NCBI RefSeq assembly: GCF_036321535.1
Contig: NC_087436.1
Coordinates: 16,492,001 to 16,556,000, forward strand
From: Camelus dromedarius
Lineage: Eukaryota
Length of the DNA stretch: 64,000 bases
Reading direction: 5' to 3'
The notes under the pieces are model-generated. The model saw only the letters and a program-made list of their open reading frames with translations. It was not told the origin of the DNA and made no database searches. Shown here in pieces: positions 53,901 through 64,000 of the stretch. The stretch's first letter is position 1, and the number at the start of each line of letters is the position of its first letter. A program made the translations under genes and the position numbers.

Positions 53901-55054
53901 TGCTTTTTTCTGCACATCACTGAACAATTTGGTACATGATTCAAATTGACCTAAAATATGAGTGAGCTGGTATTACAATAACAACAGTATTATGCATAGC
54001 ACCTCATTTGATTATCTAAAATTTCAATCAGAGCCACATTAAAAAAAATCTTATCAATAATTATGGGGAAAACTTCACTGGAGCTTATAGGTCTTATTTA
54101 CAGATATATTTTCCACTGTAAGTTTCTCGAGGAATAAAACATTCAAAATGCTATTTTCCTAGACTTCCAAAGGAATTAATTCAGTGGTCCTTATCTGCAG
54201 AAACACGCCAGGGGTGGAGGGAAGGCAGAAGTCTCAGGCAAGGAGCAAGCCTGTCTTCAGTCTAGCTTATTCATTTTTGGAGCCTACTGAGTTCTATATG
54301 ATGGTCCCAATATCCAACTTGAAGATCTTCAATCTTCCATGGGCTCAAATATATTGACAGGATGCTTCCCCAGACCCCCAAACCATCCAGTCCTCTGCAA
54401 ATTCTTTATGTAGGTTGCCCTTCCCAGAAATGAAGGTTGCATCAATGTTGTGCACAATGTTTTCCCTTCTCCTTACATAGTCGGGGTGGGATGTGGGAGG
54501 GATAGGAAAGGATCAGCAAACAACTCCCTGGGGAACAATTTCTTCATCATATAATTAGTCACATTAAAAGCAGAACAGGAACAAAATAAAAGGCACCTGG
54601 GGAGCAGTGGGAGTGCCGGAGACCAGCAGGGCAGGGCGCTGAGGCACTGCCTACCTGGAAAGCTCTTCCCTGGCGGGGCAGGTGCAGCTGGGAGAGTCAC
54701 AACCTCCCTGCTGGGACAGGATGGCAGAAGGGGAAGGAGGGGAGGCTGGGGCCAACCCTTTCAGCTGTGCCCTCCTTTATCTCAGCTGGGAAAGCTCCCA
54801 CCAGGGGCTTCGAAAGACAGGACGACAGGCCTTCACAGCTCATTAATGGCCAGCCGCTCACCAGACAACAAAGGCCAACATTCAGGCAATTGGCTATTAG
54901 TCCGTTAGCTATAATTTCACCCTATTTTGGAGCAGAAGGCGGAAGATGGGAGGAAACAGGCCTGAACAATGTGTCCAGAAGTGCTCTTACTCAGCAAGAG
55001 GGCCTGAAGCCCTACATCGCGAAAGCCTGGAACAATCCCCTTTGCGTTTTTAAA

Positions 55055-55290
55055 ACAATAAATGCCGCGTTATCAAGCACTTACTCTGTGCCAAACACAC
55101 TACTAAATGTTTTTCATGTGTTATATCTCACTTAATTCTGATCATTCCCATTTTATAGATGAAAAAGGTCTTACTGCCATCATTTTACAGAGGAAGAAAC
55201 TGAGGTTCAGAGTGATTAGATGCCAGTCCAGACGTCACTCAGGCTAGGGTTTGAAATCTAGGCTTCTGCCTTCTGTTGCAGTGTGCTTTC
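55055..55290. mobile_element. MIR SINE (one of many; others near 3250, 8550, 14400, 15300, 17200, 19700, 23200, 34150, 34500, 44850, 56600, 57400, 57800, 61850)
   Basis: agcacttactctgtgccaaacac...cattttacagaggaagaaactgaggttcagag. Confidence 0.8.
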
Positions 55291-55507
55291 TGTCAAGGTA
55301 CAGCATACCCTCTTCATTACAGACACAGGGAAAGAGTGCTGATCTTTCTGAAGTGGGAAACGGTGAGACTATGTGTGACTTAAGAGATATAAATTGTCCT
55401 CTCTTTTTAAAAAATCTTATCTGAAATACATTTAGTTAAATCTCCCATTAAACACTGGAACACTAGGAAAGCAAGAAAAACCTTCCATTTTTGAGAAGCC
55501 AGCATAT

Positions 55508-55541
<34 letters not shown>
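55508..55541. repeat. (TA)n(CA)n compound microsatellite
   Basis: tatatatatatatacacacacacacacacacaca. Confidence 0.95.
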
Positions 55542-56239
55542 TTCACATGCACTTCGACTATGCTCACTGTTAAATATCCTTTGAACAAAAAACCAAAAAC
55601 ATTCATTTAAAAACGCAAGCAGTTAAAAATGTAGTTTTGTTTGGACTAGGATTGGGTCCCCTTGGTTTTACAAGAACTGGATACACAATTTGGTAGCATT
55701 TTAAAAGTCCCTCATTGCTATCCCCAACCAACCTGCCAAGATTTCTTCCACTCAAGTCCAGAGTCAGGGCAGATTTTATGTATTAAACACAATTCCAAAG
55801 CCTGGAGTGAGAGACATTCACAGTAGCAAAGAAAAATGTGCTCCTGCTTCTTGCCCCATGAGAAAAGAAGCTATTATGTTGTGAAACAGCACACATTTGC
55901 CAAATGACCTTAAGTTACACTTCACAAAACGGTAAGAAAAAAACCCCCAAAACTTCCAAAAGCCAAAAAATAAAACACTTCATTTCCTGCCAGGCATCTT
56001 ATAGCCAGTTGTCAAAATGTATATTACAATAACAACTTGCTGTCTCTCCACAGTGCTCTCCATCTCTTCTGTGAAATATTCTGGCTGAATGACACGCTGA
56101 CCGCTCAGTACTCACAGGCTACTCTCTGGTGCCCAAAATATATCGCCTTCTCCCAGCTGACATCTAAGAGTCAGTTCTGTTTCTCCCAAACCTGCTTATG
56201 CCAGTTGAGCTTATTAAAACTATAATTTAATTATCACAA

Positions 56240-56520
56240 ATTGTAGAAATATGAGTATGAAAAAGCTTTTCAATGGAAATTAATTTGAATGATTTGGAAA
56301 CACTCCATAAAGGTAGGTTAATCAAATAAATTGCTAGTGAATTAAATGTTCTCAAGACGACTTAGATTTGGGGGATGAGTCTGATAAAAATTTAAACGGA
56401 TTCTGCCCTCAGATTGATTTGCAGGTATCTAAGGTCTCACTCCATTTTAAAGAACTGAAACCAGCAATTACAGACTCTGCCTTGTAGTTGTGGTTTATCC
56501 AAGAGACGAGGTAGACCACC
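56240..56520 (+). mobile_element. Degenerate Tigger/pogo transposase relic
   Basis: Broken reading resembling a CENP-B-like N-terminal HTH (KLFNGN...IASELNVLKTT...ALxLWFIQETR), with stops and frameshifts. Confidence 0.45.
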
Positions 56521-59500
56521 ACGTGAACTTTCATCAAGTTACAGAACTCTGACAGATAACTAAGGCTTCTTTAATAGTAAATAACCAACACCTATGTGCA
56601 TGTGGCTGGTATTAGGCTAAGCACTGACCACGTGAGATAGCATTTGAACTTATGACCGCCCTTTGCCACAGACTTTCCCAAGTTCAAACATCTCAGTAGG
56701 AGAGCTGGGACTTGACCCAGGCAGCCTGACTCCAACAACCCAGCTCTCAACTGAATGACCTACCTTTCAATTACTACACTATAGCGCTGGCCAACTAGAT
56801 TATAAATTCACCTAGGAGATAAACTATGCTTCTGTATTCTTTCCTGAATGCTAATAATCAGTACAATTGTCCAGGTAACCTGCAGACAGTTTTCCCCTGT
56901 ATTGCTTTCTAAAGCTGCAAGTCTGAAATTTGTGCATACAAATCGGTTGGAGACTGTGAACATGCAGAGTCTGATGTAAGAGAGCTAAGATTCTGCATTT
57001 GTGAAAACTTCCAAGTGACGACCCTTGGACCACAACCTGAGTGATAAGACACTAAAACACAAGCTACTGTCCTCCTGTAAATCTTGCCATAAGCAAGTGA
57101 CTGTACTGGGTTAGGTATTTCACTGTTTTTCATCTCTGAATGGGTCTCAGGCCCTTGACATCTCTGATGGCCATCATCTGAAGATGAACAGGAGGATAAG
57201 AAGTAGAAATATGTTTTGCTCAAAATTTTATCTACAATTATTATTTGGATAAATTAATTTTGCGTGTGAAGTTGTACAAACTCTTCAGGATTAGAGCCTT
57301 AGAAACGTTGACACTTCCTGCATTTTTAATAGAAAGTTCTCTTTTGATAGGAGTTTTGGTACTATGCATTTTCGAGAGTCATATCTGTGAGGTACTTAGA
57401 AGAAACACGAGCTTTTGGAGTCAGAGAGATCAGGAGTTGGCATTCCAGCTCTAACTACGTATTGAGTGACCTTAGGGAAATTGATGTTCAAAGAGTTACT
57501 CTGCTATCAATAGAACCGAGCTAAGGCTACCTAACTCTTTACATCTGTCGTGGCAATTAGGTGAAATGATATATCTAAACCAACCAGCACAGTTTGTTCC
57601 ACATAGTAGGTATTGGATAATTATTTGTTTTATCGAGAAAAATTACTCCCTACAATACCTGTCTGTCTCAATTGGCAAAAGTGAATGATAACAAAAAATA
57701 TTTCTGCCAATGCTTGGACTTTAAAGGAAAAACAATGTAAAAGTAAAAATAACATTTACTCAATGTCTGTTAGGGCACCCATCACTCTCCAGGGACGTTT
57801 CTATTACCATCCCCTTTTACAAACAAGGTAAAGACACAGGATCAGAAAGATCAAGCAACCAGCCCAAGCTCCCTACCCGGCACTGGGACCCCATAGTTTG
57901 CTTCCGTAACCACTAACCACCTTCCTCCCTGTAACCCATGGGGGTGGAGCTTGGTGATGCAGAGGAAATCAAAGGCAACCCCAAGGGAAGAGTGAGACTC
58001 TGAGTCAGCATCCCTTGAAACATCTTATCTCACTGTCTGGAACTTCCTTCCAAAGTTCTTCTTAAGAAAAACCTTACACAGAATTGAGGGGTTTTGCTCT
58101 TCTTACTGAGTCTGCTTCTTCATACTCATTATGACAATTCAATCATAAGTTCACTAACGTTATGAACCGCAGCTGAGGGACTTCGGTGTCTGTTAAGCAT
58201 AGATTCTTAAATTCAGGGGCACTCAAATATTTCATTTAATATCTAATTTCCCCTGGAGCTTGGCTCCTTGTTAACTCCAGCACAGATTCCACAAATAAAA
58301 TGCCTGGATCAATTCTGATGTCAACAAATACCAGAGGAAACTGACTGTAATTTGAAACATAAGTGAGAGGAAACAAATGCTGTAGGTTAGCCTGTTAAAT
58401 AATGAATAAAGGGAACAAAAGAAACTAAAATTATCCAGGATGACACTGTCTTTGTTTTCTTTTCTTTTTTAACCTTACAGTCTAGTACAGTAGCTCAGAA
58501 ATCATTACCTACTCTTACCCTTCAGAGAAGGAGGATCCAGGGTCAACTATGACATCTCAAATTACCCAATCATTATTCCCATTGGGTAATTCAGATGACA
58601 CCACCTAAGACACTGCATTAATTACATACAAGATGATGACAGATGAGCTCCTGAAAACTGATTGTGAATCTAAAGAGGGAGTCAGGAGGGAGTGATGAAA
58701 GAAAGATTCATAGAAGAATATTTGGCAATGCAGGGAATTAAATGGAAACTACACGAAATAATTATTTTCTTCATGACAGGTTCATAAACCTTTTTCATTA
58801 CTAACAGGAAAAAAAAATTCAGACATTTCATGAACTCTGTCTAAAAGAAGGATACTAACATAGTTTAACTCAACACAGTATGATTTCATTGTTACAGAAA
58901 TTTTTCTCTAGAGCAGAACTGATGCATTTAACATGTCAAGCATTAAACCTCAAACAAGGGTTCAGGCCAATTTAATGCGTTCTAATTACAGCTGTACGGT
59001 TCACCACAATAACCATACTCCAGAGCATGAAATCATGCTACTCTCATGAGGAAAGATTCCTTGTCTCAGAAAACAGAGTCAATAAACCACAAAAGCAAAA
59101 AATATTCCAAAGGCGTCTTTCAAACCTTTGTAAAGTAGTTCTCTTGTGCTCTGAAGTCACACTTCCCTTCACATCTTTCTGCCAAGAAATGGATGTGTAC
59201 CTCAAGTTTATCACTCTCTAATCCTTAGTATCTTTTAAATTCTCCTTTGTTTCATAACCTATTTATATACCTCCAATGACAACTCTGTGAAGAAAAGAGA
59301 CAATGAATATTCCCAGAAGACTGGTCTTGTAAAGATGCTGGTAAAATGGTAAGAGCCAAATGCCGAGAAACGAACAAAGCCCTATGTACCAGATGTCCTT
59401 GAATGGTTTCCATCTTGTAGGAACAAAAAGAATAAAAAACTTGAGGGCTTATTCTTCTGTTTCAGCACTCCCTTCTAGCCCCCTGTTTAGATCTGCAAAA

Positions 59501-62500
59501 TGAAACACCAACAGGAACACCTGAGAAATAAAACCTAACCCTGTCATCACACTCACTGCTGGCAGAGACCAACTGAGTATTCAGGGAAACAGAAAAGTGC
59601 CAAACTCTAAGTATTTCATCTTAACTTACAAAGCTTTTCAAATACAACTCTGAAAACGAGTCATGATCTGGGGAAGGAAGGCCGGCATGAATCATCCTAG
59701 CACTTTTATAAGATTAAATTTCGGAGAATTTAATGAAATTTGGCCTCATGTTAAGAACTAAGAAATACTATGGAATTAAAACTTGTAAGCTAAGGAAATG
59801 CCATGCAGTCTTCTACCACCCTAAACCCAGAACGTCCAAAGCCACACACAGTTGGTAGTATGGTTTCAAAATCATAAATGAAATACTTGATTAGCTGAAT
59901 CTGCAGGTTTGAAGGAAGAGAATGAGTTCAAATGAAGTGGTATTATTCTTTCCCTTGTCTAGGTAGACAGTTAAAAAAAAATCTAAACAACGGATAAGTG
60001 TCCCCAGCTTCTCTACACATTCTGCAAAAGCTTTGAAAACCATTAGATGCACAAATATGATAATGCTTGTTATAATGCAGTACACTTATTTACTGGTTCC
60101 AATCTTTTCACTTTTATTATCAACAAATTATTTTAACTGCTTTATGGTATCCTCGTCTTAGTATCCACAAGCATATATTAACGATAACAAACATTTTTTT
60201 AATAAAAATGAAACAGCTGGACCTTCATGGATTGCTGTGGAAAACAAATAGGACAAGAACAGGAAGATTAAGCAGAAGATATTAGATTTCTCACTAGGCA
60301 CACTGAAAAATGTATCTGCAACCTTTGAGCACAGGGCAGTACTTGCTTCATGGATACTGCAAAACCTTTTGTGAAAAAGTCCCTTCTCCCAAGCAGGGTC
60401 TTTGTGAGCATCTCTGCCACCTCCTCCTGCCTTCCACACAGCGTCACCACTGTGGATCTCAACACACACTCCTTTGCTGGCACACTGTCACAGCTCCCTC
60501 TAGTCTTGGAGACCCACGGCATCGAGGAGGACCTCTACTTTTGCTGGGAGAAGCCTGATTTATTTATTTCCTCTACAGCCCCACTCACCTGGAAAGAACA
60601 AAGGTAGCTGACTTCTAACAGAGCTTAAATTCTAAGAAATTAAACCCTGCAATATAACCAATAGAGAAGATAAACTAACAAAACATCACCTTTCTGTTTC
60701 ATTTTAGAATGAGTTACTTTAATGTACTTTATTTTAAAAATCTGGTTTTTGCAAAGGGAAAATTATACATTCCCCCTCTTACCTTACTACCAGAGTCTTT
60801 GATTCTGTTACATACAATGTCTCATTAAAGCTTTATTTTTATGCCCTTTTGAGGTAAAGACCAACACCCACCTTTACAGACTAGAAAAGGCCAAATGGGA
60901 ACTAAGCAGTGACATTCTAGAGGCATATTTCGCTTGTTACATTTGCTAAAACATACAACAAACCACATCACTTGGATAGGAAATAGACAAACACAGTGAA
61001 TTTCATATAAACTTTGAAATCCTACTTTTAAAAAGACAGACTGCAAAGACAATAATGCTCAAAAATACTCTTGGCCCAAAATGGCATTAGCTTTGGCACC
61101 ACAGAGCCACTGAACCCTGAATAAGCCACTTTCTGCCTCTCTGGGCAACAGCCGCCACCACTCCATTGTCAGTGATACATGACCCGTTAGCTCTGTAAGG
61201 ATAGGCTACGACATGTGCTGACTTAGCTTTTTTCTGCAATCTCCTGGGAAGAAGAGGCCCTTTCAGAGTCTTCAGAAGCTTTGTAACATCAACTACAAAA
61301 CTCCCCTTCTCCCTCTGTGGAGTCTCATTCCAATCGCAAACACCTTACAAGGCCACAATTTAATTCTGCATCCCTGTGTAAGTAAGCACATAAGCACTCC
61401 ATGCTGTGGCCGACCTCTGAGCTGCCACCTAAATCCACGGGTAGAATTTCACTGGCACCTGCCCAGCAGCTTGGAGAGACACTCCTTTTACACAGCTAGT
61501 CTGCACCGTATCACTTAACACCAGCATCACTTCGGATGTGATAACTGCTTTTCCCAACTGCGTAGTAGCTTCTTGAAGATACAGATCATATCTTAAGTTC
61601 TTTCTAGATACAACACATTACTGTACATGTGGCACGTCCACAGCAAATGTTCCTCATTTGCAAAATAGTTCTCACCTTTAAATAACTGAGACCTGAAAAA
61701 TCCACACAACCCTTCAAACTTTCCCACTCAGATACCTAAATTCACAAACCTTACGTTACATCTCTTAGACTGGCTTTAGCTATCCTTGAGCATTTAATTG
61801 GTCAAATAGCAATTTTGTTTATTTTTCATTTATTGTAGCAAAAAAATGTAACCCCTATTGAGCAGCTATAGCAGGCCAGGCACTGTGCCCACTAAAGGTT
61901 TACAAAAACTACCTGAACCCTTACAGCCACCTTAGAGGGGACATGTGACTCTCACTCCCTTTTAAACAAGGAGGAACGAGACACAGGGATTAATCTCCTT
62001 TGCCCCACGTCTCATAGCCTGTGTGACAACCCCAGAAATCACACCCGGGCAATCTGGTTGTGCAGCCCAAGAGCTTATGCTCTACGTTCTGAGAGAAACT
62101 ATTACTGGTTTATGATATTCAACCTTGAAGCTACTTTCACATACTTTATTACATCTAATTTCAGTAAGTAACTTGTGAAGGGTAGATATCATTACAAATG
62201 AACAGGCAGAGATAAAACTTTCATGCACACAGTCATAATGAAAGCATCAGACAGACTACTGAACTCTGCTATCTTAAAATCCGATGTGTAGTGTGTAATG
62301 CTTCCCACAAGCTCCCCTCTATACGCAAATGCAACCTTATAATTAGTAAAGGGATGTGGCTTGGGGGTTCAATAACATTTTATAACACACTTTGTTATGG
62401 AGTGGAAATACAGAAAATATAGGTGGTCACATTTTATGAATAATCTCCCGAAACTCATTTAAATCCTGTATGAATTTTCCTATGTGGTGGAAAAAGTTAT

Positions 62501-62759
62501 AAAGGGAGAGAAGTTTCCAAAATCTTGCATACACGTCCCCGCAAAGCCTATTTAACTCCAAGAGTAACTTATAGGATGAATCCTTTACTTTCGGCAGCTC
62601 CTGGTCACTTTTTCTTGGCATTTCCACTGAGCCTGACACAGGAGATGCTTCATCAAAATTTTTGCTCCTTTGAAGTCATTTAACTTTCAGTAGCAAAAAC
62701 TCACATTTCAGGCTTCTGTGACAGACGGCACTGCTGTCCCCCCATTCCTCACCCCACCC

Positions 62760-63120
62760 TGTCCCCATGTCCTTTGCATGTATCTCACCACCTCCTGACA
62801 CAAGGGCTTGTGCATGGGACCCACTCTGGCCAACAGAATGAAGCAGACGTAATGCTTTGAGTCTAGGCTTCAGGAGGCCATGCACATGTCCACGTGCTCC
62901 CCTGTGCTTCTGAGGGGCATGAGAAGGCCTGGGCTGACCGGCTGGTGGGAGGAGGGTGAGAGACATGTGGAGGAAAGCCGCCCCAGCCCACTCTGTCTTG
63001 CAGCTCAGCGGCCGTCAGCACAGCTGCTGCAGCCAACATCTAAAGGGTGAGAAAGAAATGCTTATTTCTGAATGCCACTGAATTTAGGGTGATTTATTAT
63101 GCAACAAGAGATGACTGATA
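62760..63120 (+). mobile_element. Old MLT1-type LTR
   Basis: ctggccaacagaatgaagcagacgtaatg...gagacatgtggagg...aatgcttatttctgaatgccactgaatttagggtgatttattatgcaac. Confidence 0.7.
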
Positions 63121-64000
63121 TAATTTCTGAATTGTAGTTATGGACTAGGCAGTTTTACTTGATCCTGACAACTTTGGGAAGTTTTTACTATTAGTGCTAA
63201 CTTCTAACTCTGTCAGTCCATGTATCTGTTTATATACAGTGAAAAACCATCTGTATGGGCCCTACCCCAGGTCTATAAATGAGAGTCTCCTGGGGTTTGG
63301 GGTCTATGTATTTACTTTCTTAAAGCTCCTAGGTGCTTTGATGTGTCATCATGATTAAGGACCCCTGACTGACAGTCCCAAAAGATGAAGGACCAGCCTG
63401 CTCACAGTCCAGATTTTGCCTCACCTTCACTTTTAGGCAGGGCTTCAAAGTCCACAGGAGACTGGGACTTATGTTCACAGTGAAGAATGTCAAGATTAAA
63501 GATACCCCTGTTGGGACAATAGATTCCAAAGCCTTCTCCCTGCCGCCCCCCAGTCAACTTCAGGGGCTTTTTGCAGTGATGGTTCCCAGGACCTCTGGAG
63601 ATGCTGATGAGAATCACTACAATTCATCAGTCAAATGCTTTAGCATAAATCTGACTTCATTCACACTTAGAAAACAGATAACTGGGGTCAGTAAGTACTG
63701 CAATGAAGGTTACACCATTAATAAATGGTGGTCCCAGGAATCAATTCCAGGTCTGTCCAAATGCAAAGCCCTCATTCTTAATCTCTAAAACAATCCATTC
63801 CAGCACCAGAAGCTCTCACTAAGGCTCCAAGGAAAATGCATTTGAAGCAACGACCTCTCAAAGGTCTTCAGGGATGAGATGACTGCAGGCTTGGCTGGGC
63901 TTCCATCAAAAATTGGAGCCACTGTCAGGGACATGTCAGGATGGAAGGGAAAGAAGGAACATGGCAGGGGTAAGGGAACTGGTGTGGCGAGGGAAACTCG

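Noticed and set aside
62427..62639. 70-aa minus-strand ORF with protein-like composition
   Set aside because: No similarity to DCLK2 or any family I recognise, and no convincing splice sites.
1..64000. CRISPR arrays, operons or prokaryotic defence systems
   Set aside because: The sequence is intron-rich mammalian DNA with no regularly spaced repeats or dense ORFs.

Overview
Mammalian genomic DNA, not prokaryotic. The tRNA-derived SINE and L1 3' ends look camelid-type (Camelus/Vicugna); this is an inference from repeat style. The whole window lies inside DCLK2 (doublecortin-like kinase 2) on the minus strand. Three constitutive coding exons (16931-17033, 13676-13777, 8775-8869) and one 51-nt cassette exon (12712-12762) have canonical GT-AG sites and join in frame to give [68 protein letters not shown][VKRGGHSSSAYSAARSP]-VNGTPSSQLSTPKSTKSSSSSPTSPGSFRGLK, i.e. 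the end of the second DCX domain plus the Ser/Pro-rich linker. Positions above 17033 are the very large upstream intron and positions below 8775 the next intron; no kinase-domain exons were seen. The introns are full of transposon relics: L1, L2, MIR, MaLR and ERV1-type solo LTRs, Tigger/hAT fossils and SINEs. Almost all ORFs in the supplied track are chance ORFs. I found no new multi-gene system. The best leads concern DCLK2 isoforms: a CpG-rich, frame-compatible 93-nt candidate exon beside the microexon; a CpG-rich candidate internal promoter at about 33 kb whose putative exons splice in frame to the DCX2-end exon; and an RFX X-box overlapping an ATG plus a strong donor at 26.7 kb. All of these are hypotheses that need RNA evidence. 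Repeat family names and some repeat boundaries are by eye and approximate.
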